A DNA stretch of 64,000 nucleotides, taken from NCBI RefSeq assembly GCF_006345805.1, contig NC_043011.1, positions 4,216,001 through 4,280,000 on the forward strand, in the 5' to 3' direction. Both the position numbers and the translations under genes were made by a program. How positions within the stretch are numbered: position 1 is the first letter of the stretch; every line of letters begins with the position of its first letter. Of the stretch, positions 26,956-40,731 are shown piece by piece. The notes under the pieces are model-generated. The model made no database searches and was not told where the DNA came from. It saw only the letters and a program-made list of their open reading frames with translations. The stretch comes from Octopus sinensis (Eukaryota).

Positions 26956-27553
26956 TGTGTGTTTGGGTATGGGTACACTTTGCATGAGTATGGTTGTTTA
27001 TTTTTTGTTGAGTGTATGTGCGTATGTAAGTATTCGTTACAGTAAACGATCCTGTTCTGATGGTCTGTGATATAGTGGTTTGATGGGAGTAATTTTGTCT
27101 TCACTATGCTACACTCCACTATTTATTTATTTTTTTTAATTTTATCTAGTTTCAGCTCATGAGCTGTGGCCATGCTGGGGCACCGCCATTTGGTGTTGCT
27201 ACATGATTTTACTTCACGAATGCTTTTTAGCAATTGCCATTTGGTGCATGAGAGAGTTCGATGCAGCTGCCCTCATCTTTACACATTATCACTTGCCGTC
27301 CTTTTTTTCCTTCCTCTTAAGCTTTTTTTTTCACCATCTATTTTATACAAATTATTTAGTGTGGCTTTGTCTGTTGTTGGGTTTATGATTCTCATCCATA
27401 TATCTGACTATGCTTTGGTACAGCTTCATTCTCATACTTGCAGCCAAAACGAGAGGGTCAACACACTTTCCATATCTTGATATCTTTTCAGAATCAAGTT
27501 TTAAATTTTAAGTTTTTAATTCACTTGGAAAAATCATTTTCTTTTCCATGATA

Positions 27554-28459
27554 CGAGGGGCTACCCAAAAGTAACTGGAAACATTCTCCGTGGAACAAGC
27601 CCACTGTAGTTGAGGCTTGTGTCACTAGAAGCCATTTGATGCAAACCTTAGGCATCAGTCACCCAACTGGCAGCATCAAGTGAGATTGTACTGCCATGTG
27701 ATGCATCTTTGTTTTGCAGTGTGTCTCCCTGTTTGTTGATTTTTGCGATGGCTGAAATGAAGAAGCAGCTTGCTTCCGTGAAATTCTGTTTTCTGCTGGG
27801 GAAAACAGCAGCCGAAACAGTTGTCATGCTTCAAACAGCTTACAAGGATGCTGCCATGTGTAAAACACAAGTTTACGAGTGGTTTCCATGCTTTAGGAGT
27901 GTTCACTTATCACTTGAAGACCAACTTTGTTCAAGGCATCTGTCAACTTCCTGACTGAAGGAAAACATCATGAAAATTCATGAACTGATTGTGGGGGGCT
28001 GTCACTGAACAATTGACAAACTTGTTGATATAATTGGTGCGTCCTGAGGCTCCTGTCAACGAATTTTGAGCGAGGAATTACAAATTAAAAGAGTTGCAGC
28101 AAAATTTGTGCCTCGCTTGCTCACAGAAGATCAAAAGCCATCAATAACTGAAAATGTGTTGTGAACTGAAAGAACAGCTTGAAGCTGATCTGGACCTTCT
28201 TTCGAAGGTCATCACTAGTGATGAAAGCTGGTGCTACAGAATTTGTAGATGTGGAAGAGGTGAAGAAAAAATAATGGAGGCGTTAAAAAGCATCATTTTG
28301 TAAGAGTTTCAGCACAGCTTCAATCAGTGGAAAACGCATCTGGACCAATGCATTGCTTCAAATGGAGAAGATTTTTGAAGGCGATAAAAGTGTAAACATC
28401 TAAAACTAAGTGAATGAAATAACATTGCAAGATTCCAGTTTCTTTTGGCTATCCCCTCG
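27554..28459 (+). mobile_element. Internally deleted mariner element with both TIRs
   Basis: TA|cgaggggctacccaaaagtaactggaa ... ttccagtttcttttggctatcccctcg|TA. Relic transposase MAEMKKQLASVKFCFLLGKTAAETVVML..VYEWF, KFVPRLL and ITSDESWCY, with most of the catalytic domain deleted. Confidence 0.9.
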
Positions 28460-28549
28460 TATAATCAGTTTATTCATCAGTAAAATATGTGTTAGAAACA
28501 GCTGTAGTGAACCTCAAGCCATTTTGTTCATTATATATATATGTATATA

Positions 28550-28800
28550 TATAATAACAATTTAACAAATAAAACATATGCATACATACATATATGTACA
28601 TACCTACATCTATATGTATATATACATGCATATATATATATATGAGTACAGGACACCACAAATAAACGTAGAACACAACGAGAAACGAAAACATAAAATC
28701 AAACAAGGAAACGGACTTTTTTAACAACGAAAAAACAGAGTACAAGACAAACAATACAAGGAACATTCCTCTTCATCAGCTGCCCCTGTTTCGACTCAGT
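28550..28800 (-). mobile_element. Dispersed repeat (probable Penelope-like terminal fragment); related copies at 62220-62440 (+) and 63900-64000 (-)
   Basis: Shared ctgatgaag...T-rich...(g/c)tgtac(t/c)catatatgcat...gtatgtacatatatgtatg...gttaaatt, always next to (TA)n. Confidence 0.6.
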
Positions 28801-28807
28801 GCGTGTT

Positions 28808-29053
28808 ATATTCTTTTATTCTTTTACTTCTTTCAGTCATTTTGATTGTGGCCATGCTCTGAAGCATGTCTTTTAGTCAAAGAAATCGACCCCTGAACTT
28901 ATTCTTTCTAAGCCTGGTACTTATTCTATCAGTCTTTTTTGCTGAACCACTAAGTAACAGGGATGTAGACACATCAACATCAGTTGTCAAGTGATGGTGG
29001 GAGGACAAACACAGACACACGCACACAAATATATAGATAGATATATACATACA

Positions 29054-29121
<68 letters not shown>

Positions 29122-29285
29122 ACAGACTTCTTTCAGTTTCTGTCTACCAAATCCACTCACAAGGCTTTGGTCGGCCTGTGGCTATAGCAGAAGACACTTG
29201 CCTGAAGTGTCACACAGGGGAACTGAACCCAGAACCATGTGATTGGGAAGCAAGCTTCTTACCCGCACAGCCACTACTGCGCCTA
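28808..29285 (-). mobile_element. SINE family A
   Basis: Family match with an expanded internal (TA)n. Confidence 0.85.
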
Positions 29286-29328
29286 TACACACACACACAC
29301 ACATATGTATATATATATATATATACAT

Positions 29329-29387
<59 letters not shown>

Positions 29388-30046
29388 TACCCACCCCACA
29401 CACACATCTCTCAACAAAACTTTTTTTGTCCAATACTTACCATTCCTCTTATAGCAAACTTGAAAATAATTCATAACAACATAGGAAGAGAAAATAAAAC
29501 CCAATACTTGAGGTGCTAAGTACAACAAGAGTCATTCTCCTGTCATTCTCCAGTTGAATGACACCTATACCAAGCTTGTTTTGTCTGACCTCTGGCAGAA
29601 AACGTTAACAAGAAATTGATGAATGTTAAATGTCACGTTTTAGTTACAGAAGTGTTTGTGATGGAGTTAGTGAGCTGTCTATCAAATCTTTGCTATCACC
29701 TGTTAAAGCAACGATGACAGTTTAAATAAACATCTGTTCTTTGCATTATATTTCTCCAACTTTGTGTGGAGTGGGACTTCTTTGTCCAGGTCATTCTTCA
29801 AGCTCTCTCTCTCTTTCTCCCTCTTTCTCTCCCTTTTTCTGTTTCCTTCCTTTGCTCCTTTTAATCTCCTTTTTATTCCTCTCCTGTTTTTTCCATTTTC
29901 TCTATTTTCAATCCTTGTTTTCTCACTCATTTGATTTCTTTCCTTTTTCCCTCATTCTCTGTATTTGTACTTCTTCACCATTTCTATCTGGTGTCATCCA
30001 ATTTTTCTCATCCTCACATCACCACTCTTCATTTTCTTTTCATTAG

Positions 30047-30100
<54 letters not shown>

Positions 30101-32319
30101 CCTTTCCATCACCCTCTCTTTCTCTTACTCTCGCCTTATCTCACTTTCTCTTTTCCTCACCCTTTCTCCTTCTCTCACCTCTTATTCTCCAGTTGTTTTT
30201 CAACCCCTAATGTCTGTATCAATTATACTTCTAACGCCCATATAAAAAGCAGAGATGTTACAAATTTACAGTCAATTTGTTTCCATATTTGCAGATAGGA
30301 CCTTACTCTCTTCCCTTCTAAATTGTAGTCACCCTTTCTGGTGAAATGCTGAGTGAATCCCTACTGACTCCACACAATCCTTATATTCATCTTAACTGGC
30401 ATTTTACTCATCACTTTATACTCTGTGTTTTTTTCTGCCAAACTCAGTCCTGCTTCACATCTCCCACATAGTTTCATCATAGTGTAAATGTTTTCTAGTT
30501 ACCAATATTCATTGTACAATCCTTAAGTACCATCCCAATTTGGTGCCTTTCCATAATATACTGTTTGAGTTTTACTTCCTTTAATGGTACCTAATCTCAG
30601 GACTGCCTTCCCAGAATCATACACCCTTGGAGAAAACAATTACTGGAATCTGTAGTATTTATATTAATTGAGAGCTGGCTGTGGACAGCTGACACTTTCC
30701 ATCATACCCAGCAAAAGAGAATTTTCATCAAATAATAATAATAGTAATAATGATAATATTAATCATAATAATAATAATAATAATGATAATAATAATAATA
30801 ATGGCAGCAAAAAAATGAAACAATCTCACATGATGTGACTAACTGTAGCAAACAGTCCCAAAAGCACTACAAAAGAAGGCATGATAACATGGCTAAGAAG
30901 AAGAAGGAGGAGGGGGAGGAGGAGGAGGTGGGGAAGGAGGGGGAGGTCAACTTTTTATTGATTTATATCACCAAGCTAAAAGATGGTGGGTAATCTGATG
31001 CTGTGAAATGTAGCGATAGAACTTTCAATATTCTAACCTGATGCTTTCTGGAATTCACCATGACCACCACTAGTAACATGAATACAAAGCTACTAAAAAG
31101 ACTGTCGTAAACCAGCTCTGACAAATTAAAGATGGAAACTATATGATCTATTAACCCACTTAATTGTTCAGGCTACCTGCAGGAAGACGTTTGCTTTGTT
31201 ACTTTGCAGTCATGTCGGATCTTAATTAATGCTGCCACGCCAGCTTTAAGTCCATATCTCTGAGTCATGCATTAACGAGATATTGTTCTCTCATTGACAA
31301 ATTCTTTCTCATCAATTGACTCCTTGGGTCATGACTTTCTTTTAATTCATTTGTTGTCATTGTTGCTGTTGTTACTTAATTGCTTGCAATCATTAAGCTT
31401 CATCTTTATTTAATTTTTAACTGGAGGGAAATTTAATTAGTTCATTAGATTAGATTGTATTCACCTCCTACTCTTCTCTTCACTTTCTTTCTTTCGTGGC
31501 TTTTACGTTTTACACACATTTTACATCAGTTTCATTTTTTAAACAATCATCATCGTCATCATCATTATCATCATCAGCAGCAGCAGCAGTAACGGCAAGA
31601 TTATACGTTTGTTTGGTTATTTATTTATGACAGAAAAGTGAAATCACATTAAGAAATCTAATGAAAGTGACTTTCTTTTTTAATTTCCTTGATGGATATC
31701 AGTGGCCAGTCTTAATTTCTATTTGTCCAGTGTGTTTGTCTACAACAACATCAAAAACAAAGAACAACAACAATCCTTATCAGCATTGTCACCATGGTTA
31801 TTGCCATCATTCCTTGTTGTAGTCGTTGTCATCATCATCATCAGCAGCAATAATGAGAAACCCAAATACAAAGTCAATGGTATCAAGACAAACCTACCTA
31901 CCGGGCCCCACTGGGATAGCAGTCGCAGATGACATCAAGTAGGTTTGAGCCTGAAACAGTGGAGTACTGAAACTAGTTGTAATAAAATAACATCTCAAGT
32001 CTTGGCTACCATCTTACAAAGAAGCCTCTACATAGTCACTCAAATGGCTGAAAATAGCAGCCAAATTACTCAAATCAAAGCTTACCATCATAAAAGAAGT
32101 AAGAGTAAAAGAGAAGAAATTAAACATTGGATGATGTTGTACCTGGGATGACTGGGAAGTCTTTGACGATGGATCTACTGTGAGCGACAAACGACAAAAA
32201 TCAGCACCAAGCATGGAACAAATAACAATGATCTCTTGAAACAGTACAAAGTCATTAATTTCTGTGAAGGACACAATTGATTTTATTAACATAAGCAGAT
32301 TGGTATTTATTTTATTGAC

Positions 32320-32712
32320 ACTGTGGCTGTGTGGCAAGTAGCTTGCTAACCAGCCACATGGTTCCGAGTTCAGTCCCACTGCGTGGCATCTTGGGCAAAT
32401 GTCTTCTGCTATAGCCCCGGGCCGACCAATGCCTTGAGAGTGGATTTGGTTGACGGAAACTGAAAGAAGCCTGTCGTATATATGTATATATATATGTGTG
32501 TATGTGTGTGTGTTTGTCCCCCCTAGCATTGCTTGACAACCGATGCTGGTGTGTTTACGTCCCCGTCACTTAGCGGTTCGGCAAAAGAGACCGATAGAAT
32601 AAGTACTGGGCTTACAAAGAATAAGTCCCGGGGTCGATTTGCTCGACTAAAGGCGGTGCTCCAGCATGGCCGCAGTCGAATGACTGAAACAAGTAAAAGA
32701 GTAAAAGAGTAT
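32320..32712 (+). mobile_element. SINE family A
   Basis: Family match. Confidence 0.9.
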
Positions 32713-33769
32713 AATAAAATGCATCCATACTCTCCATGAATTCTTGGTGTTAGGAAGGACATTCAGCCATAGAAGACACGCAGGAAAGGAAATGTGCAAC
32801 TAAAATGTGGTCTTTGACCCATCATAAGCACTGTGACTCTGAATAAGAACTGATTTGGTTTGAGAAACTGTTCAACTCATATCAGTGTGGAAAGTGATTT
32901 AGGACGATGACAACACTGATGTTGCCGTGGTTACAAATATATGGAGATGGATGTACATACAGTAAATTGGGGTGGGAGAAAAATGGCACCCTATTTGCAA
33001 ATTGGTTTGAAGATATGGTAAAACAAAATATGAAAATAAGACCAGCCCATCAATATTATTTGTGATCTTTATGTGGGATCAGAGCATTCTACAACTTGCT
33101 CTACATTTTGCTACAATCTCCTGCTGTGAACTAGGGGCTCTGAAATTGACCATGAGCATCTTCATTCTGAACCAAACTGTAAAGAGCCCCACATTCTTTA
33201 TCATTATCATCATCACCATTATTGTCATCATGATTATAAGATCATCACCACGTCATCATCATCATCTTTGATGTCATTGTATTCATCTTTATCATCATCA
33301 TCACCATCATTGTCACTATCATTACCATTGTTGTTATCATTGGTATGTAGTCGTCATCATCATTATTACCATCATCCTTATCATAATTACATTCCAATGA
33401 ATTGTGAAGGCTACTGCTGTAGGGAACAATAGGAAAGAATCTTACACCCTGCTCACTTTCCCAGGACTGTTATTAATGTATTCAACACATTATTCTTTGC
33501 AAAAAGTACCCTATAGAAATCATCAGCTTTCAAGATAAATTTTGATTAATAATTTGAAGTTGGATTATGCGTCTTATTTTTTCCCCTCAGATATCAATTT
33601 CCATGTTTGATAAACTTAATAACCTTTTTTATTGTGGGGCATTATCTTCAAGGTGAAATAGCTAATGAATATTTCACATACAATGCTTAATTAACAATAC
33701 CCTGTAAGGATATAAAATTGATTAAGTTGATATTCAGTGAGCTTTGTATATTAACTCTCTCTCTCTCTC

Positions 33770-33821
<52 letters not shown>

Positions 33822-35186
33822 CATTGTTAATATTATCATTCATTCATTTATTTATTTTCATTATTAAGGCTGCAGATGTTTTTAGAATGTGTAGAGTTAA
33901 TAAAATAAGGACCAGACAAGTTCCAGTACTGGGGTTAATTTCAGACAACTGTACTATTCCTCCCTTAATGGATGGTCTTGTGCTTATGTTAATGAAAGCA
34001 CATGGCTCAATGGTTAGAGTATCGGGTTCACAATCATGTGGTAGTGAGTTCAATTCCTGGACCGGGCTGTGTGTTGTGTTCTTGAGCAAGACAGTTTATT
34101 TCACATTTCTGCAGTTCACTCACCTGTAGAAATGAGTTGCAATCCCACTGGTGCCGAGCTGTATCGGCCCCTTTGCCTTTCCCTTGGATAACATCAGTTG
34201 CATGGAGTGGGGAGGCGGATATGCATAGGTGATTGCTAGTCTTCTATAAACGATCTTGCTCAGAGTTGTGCCTCAGAGGGAAACTTCAAGTGCAATCCCA
34301 GGGTCCATCATGACCGAAGGGGGTCTTTACCCTATTATCATTTTGGTGGTGGCAAGCTCACAGAATCATTAGTGTCATAAAAATGCTTTTGCAGTGTTTC
34401 TTCTGGCCTTCTCTTTCTACATTCTGAGTTCACTTCCCACTGAGATCAACTTTGCCTTTTCATCCTTTCAGAGTCAATGAAATAATGTAACACTTGAGCA
34501 CTAAGGCTACATAGTTGATTTAACTCCTTCCCAGTTGCTGGCCTTCAACTAAAATTTGAAACAATTATTACTATTGAGTGAGAGAGAGAGCAATGTATGC
34601 CATCAAAGTGACACTGGAGTACAAATATACAAAGCCCAATATACCCATCATGACTACACGTCTGATAAGGGTACACCAGGCACATGCATCACAACCATAT
34701 GTGTGCAATATGGTGATCTCATATCAAGATAAACAGTGCATGACCTTGCAGGTGGGGGCCTAGCTAGAATTTTCTTCAGATCGAATAGCCCATCCTGCTC
34801 AAAAGATCCCTAAATAAGGTTTGTTTAAGAATGATGAACAAATACCCGTGTTTCCAGATGAACAAAATACCCATGTTTCTAGAATTATCAAAACCCCAAA
34901 GAATTCCTCTCAACACATGGCTATGATGCTTCCCCATTACTTCTCCTCCTGATCAAAGATACCCATATTGTTAGCTACCAAGGGACATACTCAACTGGTT
35001 ATGGTCAAATAAGTGACAAGCAAATCTGTGGTATTGAGCAGAATATTTGCTGTAACCCATCTTTTATACCAAGACAAAACATTGCACATGATAACACTTC
35101 TGATAAGTTAAGATTAGAAGCCATGAGAACCAGTGCCTGTTACTACATCCAATCTGCATGTTTGTTACAATCATTTGCCTTGACAC

Positions 35187-35243
<57 letters not shown>

Positions 35244-35251
35244 CATTATCA

Positions 35252-35298
<47 letters not shown>

Positions 35299-35541
35299 TT
35301 ATGTTTGACTTTTGCATTTGTACAAGTTGGCTTTGAGTCTCACCCAGAGACCTCAAGAGACAACAAGTTAGAAGTTTGTGTTGGTGTTATGCCTAGGGTG
35401 CCATATATTTGGTTTTGTACATAATGTTGTTCTAGAGAATGTTTAAGAGACCATAAGGAAATTATGTGTTTGTTTTAAAACTTGAGATTACATATATTAT
35501 TATTATTATTATAATTATCATTATTATTATTATTATAATTA

Positions 35542-35606
<65 letters not shown>

Positions 35607-35617
35607 TATTATTATTA

Positions 35618-36435
35618 TTCAGTAGTCTCATTTTATCCCATGCTTTCACTGCACTACCAAGCACAGCTCTGTGTAACTTGGGTATGTGCTGTGGTTTGTT
35701 GTAAAGCTCTGATGGTTGCTGTATTGAAAATGTTTTATGTAGGATGTATGGAGTGCCTATTAATGCTATTTTCTGTCTGTTATATATATTTGTTAGTCCT
35801 GGTGTTTTTGCTATGTATTTCTCTGAATATTTTTTTATCATACCTAATGTGCCCACTATAATAGGAATTGTTTCTGTTTTTAGATTCCACATTCTAGTTA
35901 CCTCTATTTCCAGGTCTTTGTATTTTGAAAGTTTCTCCATTTCTTTTAGAGACACGTTGTCATCTGCTGGTATTGATGCATCAATTAGAAAGCATTTTTG
36001 TTCTTCATGATCTCTGACAACTATATCTGGCCTTTTGGCCTTAATTTCTCTATCTGTGTTTATTGGCATATCTCAGAGTATGGTTGCTTTCTCGTTTTCT
36101 GTGACCTTTTCTGGGGTGTGCCTTTTCCTGTTGTTATTCCATAATGTTTGCATAGCTTCCAGTGTATGTAGGTCCCAACTCTGTCGTGTCTGTGAATATA
36201 TTCCTTCTTAGCCAGGACTGGGCACCCAGAGACAATATGATTTATTGTTTCTTGTCCGTCTCCACATATTCTGCAGTTACTTGTTATGTTTCTTTTCATT
36301 ACCTGTTTTTGGTAATTTCTGGAGGGGAGGCTTTGGTTTTGTGCCACAATTAAAAATCCTTCAGTCTCTGCTTAGAATCCCGAGCTTCTCAACCATTGCT
36401 GGGATTTTTCTTTGTCTATTTCTTTTGCGTTTACC
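35618..36435 (-). mobile_element. 5'-truncated R4/Dong-type LINE (RLE endonuclease) inserted in (TAA)n
   Basis: DKEKSQQWLRSSGF*AETEGFLIVAQNQSL, CCHC knuckle CRICGDGQETINHIVSGC, RHD, then RPDIVV..CFLID..EKLSKYKDL (PD-D/ExK restriction-like endonuclease). One stop and a frameshift. (TAT)n on both sides. Confidence 0.9.
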
Positions 36436-37664
36436 TTATTATTATTATTACTATTATTGTTATTATTATTATTATTATTTTATTATTATTATTATTATTA
36501 TTTTCATCATCATCATCGTCATCATCATCATCATCATCATTATTATTTGGAAGGATCGTTAAAGCATTGAACAAAATACTTTGTAGTATTTCTTCTGGCC
36601 CTTTAAGGTTCTGAGTTCAAATCTCACTGAAGTCAGTTTTGCCTTTTGCCCTTCACAAGTCAATAAAGTAAAGTACCAGTGAAGTACTCAGGGGAATATA
36701 ATCAACTAACCCATTGCTTCAAATTTCTGGCCTTGTCCCTATATTAGAAACAATTACAATTTGTAACATATTTCAACAATTTCACAGCTGTTTCTACTCA
36801 GAGTATATTTTATAACTGTTTATCATTTCTTCTTTTTTTTTTTTTTCGTTTTCGCATTTTCTCTTTTATCCCTATTAGAATCTTTTCCTTTCGTGAAGTT
36901 AATTGTTTCATTCTATATAGTTGGAAGGCAGCAAACTGACAGAATTGTTAGCACACTAGGCAAAATGCTCGATAACATTTCATCTGTCTTTACATTCTGA
37001 CTTCAACTTCCAGCGAGGCCATCTTTGTCTATCATCCTTTCAGGGTCAATTAAATAGGTACCAATTGAACACTAGGGTTCACTACCCTTCCCCCTACATT
37101 GCTGACCTCATGCCAAAATTTGAAATCAATATGCATATAGGGACAAGCCTGTCTATGTGATTAAGAAGCTCCCTTTTGCAGCCATGTGGTTGTTAGCTCC
37201 AGTCTTAGTGTGTAGCAGCTTGAGTGTCTACTACGATACACTTGGTCCAACCGAACACTTGGAAGTAAACTCGGTGGATGGGAACTGTGGATGCCTGTCA
37301 TATGTATGTGTGTGTGTGTGTGTGTACGTGCATGCACTTGTGTGTGCGTGCATGTGTGTGTTGTTTTTCTGCTTGTGTTTGTTTCCTCACCCACCTAGCA
37401 CTTGACTTTGTTGGTTTGTTTAGACCTTCATAACTTAGTAGTTCGTCAAAAGAGACAAATAGAATCGGTACCATACATTTAAAAAATCAAGTACTGGAAT
37501 TGTTGTTTGACTGCACCTTTCATAGCCATGCCTGAGCATGGCTGCAGTCCAATGATCAAAACAAGTAAAAGGTAGTAGTTTTCCATTTTTAGCTGACTGT
37601 GTCCTTTTTGTGTGCATGGAGGATATATATATATATATATATATATGGAAATAGTAGTTGTGAT

Positions 37665-38110
37665 ACCTGTGCTGGTGGCACATAAAAAGCACCATCCGAA
37701 CGTGGCCGTTGCCAAGCGCCGCCTCGACTGGCTTCTGTGCCAGTGGAACATAAAGAGCACCATCCGAACATGGCCGATGCCAGCGCTGCCTTGACTGGCT
37801 TCCGTGCCGGTGGCACATAAAAAGCACCATCCGAACGTGGCCGATGCCAGCTCCGCCTTGGCTCGTGCTAGTGGCACATTAAAAGCACCAACCGATCGTG
37901 GCCGATGCCAGACCCCACTGGCACCTGTGCAGGTGGCACGTAAAAAGCACCCACTACACTCGCGGAGTGGTTGACGTTAGGAAGGGCATCCAGCTGTAGA
38001 AACACTGCCAGATCAAACTGGAGCCTGGTGCAGCCCCTGGCTTCCCAGACCCTGGTCGAACCGTCCAACCCGTGCTAGCGCGGAAAACGGACATTAAACG
38101 ATGATGATGA

Positions 38111-38113
<3 letters not shown>
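37665..38113 (+). mobile_element. (GAT)n-tailed RTE-associated non-autonomous retroelement with internal ~65-bp minisatellite
   Basis: Repeats of gtggcacataaaaagcaccatccgaacgtggccg, then ttaggaagggcatccagctgtagaaac...cggacattaaacgatgatgat. Confidence 0.8.
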
Positions 38114-38149
<36 letters not shown>

Positions 38150-38997
38150 TACACCACACACACACACAATATATATATATATTATATATATATATATATA
38201 TATACATGTGAAGGTGCATGGCTTAGTGATTAAGGTATTTGTTTCATGATTCCCAGCAGTGCAGTGTGTCCTCGAGAAAGACAGTTTATTTCACATTGCT
38301 TCAGCCCACTCTATTGGCAGAAATGAGTAGTACCTGTATGTGCTATGCTGAATCTGACTGAGAACTACATTAAAGTCTGTGGAGTGCTCAGCCACTTGCA
38401 CCGTAATTTCATGACACATGTCAGCTTAGGATGGTGGCTTTAGAATACTGTTTGTAGTTTCTGGTCTTTTCATTTTTTAAAAATTTGTTCAATCCGCTGA
38501 ACTATGTTGAAACTGGTTTATAATTACCTACCTACCTGTCTGCCTGTCAGTCTGCCTGCCTGCCTATTTACCTACTTGATTGCCTGTTTACAAATGTACC
38601 TATGTATGTACGCATGTAGACAAATGAGGTTTCTGTAACAGACTAAGAGGTAAAGTCATTGAAAAGGTTGCAGATAGCAAAGAAAGAGCTTTGACAAGCA
38701 AAAACAAAGCAAATGACTTGATGTTTAACCAAATTTAAGAAGCAATCGTTTAGTTTGTTGGATATTTAATCAACTAATTAATCATAAAAGAATGAAATTG
38801 ACCCAGTGTGTGTGTGTTAATGACATTGGCATAATGACTTTCCCTAGACACAACAGTATATATATATACATACACATACACTCATGGACACACATGCTCA
38901 CACACAGACACATACACACACACACACACAAGCACAGACACACACACACACACACACACACACAAGATTGAGAAGGAAAAGATGTCTATACCATTTC

Positions 38998-39383
38998 GTG
39001 GAGGCACAATGGCCCAGTGGTTGGGGCAGCGGACTCGCGGTCATAGGATCGCGGTTTCGATTCCCAGACCGGGCGTTGTGAGTGTTTATTGAGCGAAAAC
39101 ACCTAAAAGCTCCACGAGGCTCCGGCAGGGGATGGTGGTGATCCCTGCTGTACTCTTTCACCACAACTTTGTCTCACTCTTACTTCCTGTTTCTGTTGTA
39201 CCTGTATTTCAAGGGGCCAGCCTTGTCACTCTCTGTGTCACGCTGAATATCCCCGAGAACTACGTTAAGGGTGCACGTGTCTGTGGAGTGCTCAGCCACT
39301 TGCACGTTAATTTCACGAGCAGGCTGTTCCGTTGATTCGGATCAACTGGAACCCTCATTGTCATAACCGAGAGAGTGCTTCCA
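38998..39383 (+). mobile_element. SINE family C, full length
   Basis: tRNA-like head with A box tggcccagtgg and B box ggtttcgattccc, TSD-like accattt. Confidence 0.9.
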
Positions 39384-40115
39384 CACCACCATTTACCATT
39401 TTAAAACTTATTCATGATGACTTCATCACAACAAAATGGTGTGAGCTGAAAGGCTTATATTGCAGGACACCACCTTAATGTTGAAATACATTGTATTGGG
39501 TTAGTTCGTTATTGCTTTTCTGACTGATTGATTTCAACTTCTGAATGTAAACTCAGAAATTATTTTGCAACAATCATGTGCAAGTTATTGGATGGTCAAA
39601 AAGATTTTGGCAATCTTCTATTCCTCAAGAGATTCTATTAGAACTAAAGTGTGATATCTAAAAAAAAAAAAAGAAAAAATAGATGAAGTAAGGAAACAAA
39701 ACCTTGTTTATTTGTTGTTGTTGTTGTTGTTTGTGCTGATGACACATTGGGACCTGTCCATCCCAAATGAGCATAGAAAAAGAGATGTAAAAGGATGACA
39801 ATAGTACCAAATAAGAGACTTACCAAGAAATGCTAAGCAGTTCAAGGGTTTTTGTTTTGTAGAAGAATTTCTGGCAATCCTCAACTTTATGTCAATACTT
39901 TTTCATTTTCATCAACCAGTTTCAATCAAATGATTTCCTTTGATTGCTGGCAAATTTATTTTTTCTGTTTTTTTTTTTAATGGGTATTTTGGCTTGCAAT
40001 GAAAATGTGTTGATGTAAGATGTGATCCTGGAGTTTATTCTGCAAAACAACAGCAGCTTAAAAATGGATATCAGTTGTAACAGCAAGTTCTAAACAATCA
40101 GCTACAATTACCTTT

Positions 40116-40699
40116 TGTAACGAACTTAGCGTGAATATATCTTCTCTTGTACTTTCGGGGTACAAGAGGCAATCACTAGCCGTTGCTTTAATAATCCAGA
40201 ATTCTACCAGTCAGAAACAACAAGACGCAGACGTAAAAGATATATATACTACTTTATTCTCTAATGTGGTAACAGTAACAATAAGTGGTTATCTGGTATC
40301 CCTTTGGTATAAATGTGTCGTGCTGAACCTTATCTCTGTAAAATAAGAAAGTGTTCAAATGCAACACGACACTGGTCAAAGATGGCGGCGAACAATGGAG
40401 ACGATGTTGGTCTGCAACAATTTGGTTAAAGGCCTTTTGGTAAGGTGCTGCTAGAATCAAGTTCGGACGGAGAGAAAATATACATGACCGTCACCTTCAG
40501 TCGCTGCTGTCTCAAGTCGCTGCTGTCTCAAGTCGCTGCTTGCTGGATGCTGGTGGTCAACGTCTTACGACCCCCTTGCCTCGGCTAACTGCTACGTAGG
40601 CAAAAGGGTTCTTCTTCCGGTGGTGAAAGCACCAACCCCGCACGCGCGAAATACAAATGGACGGTGCGCGAGCGCGCGCCGTTGTATAGGATCACTACA
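40116..40699 (-). mobile_element. Solo LTR (584 bp, probably Ty3/gypsy-type)
   Basis: TGTA...TACA termini, 4-bp TSD CTTT (40112-40115 / 40700-40703), AATAAA on the minus strand (~40253-40258), CpG-rich, with an internal 16-bp tandem repeat agtcgctgctgtctca. Confidence 0.85.
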
Positions 40700-40731
40700 C
40701 TTTCCTTTGAGAATTCCCACTGTGCTGTTAA

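Noticed and set aside
38998-39075. tRNA-Arg-like gene
   Set aside because: It is the head of SINE family C and continues into the SINE body in all copies. It has no proper acceptor stem or terminator.
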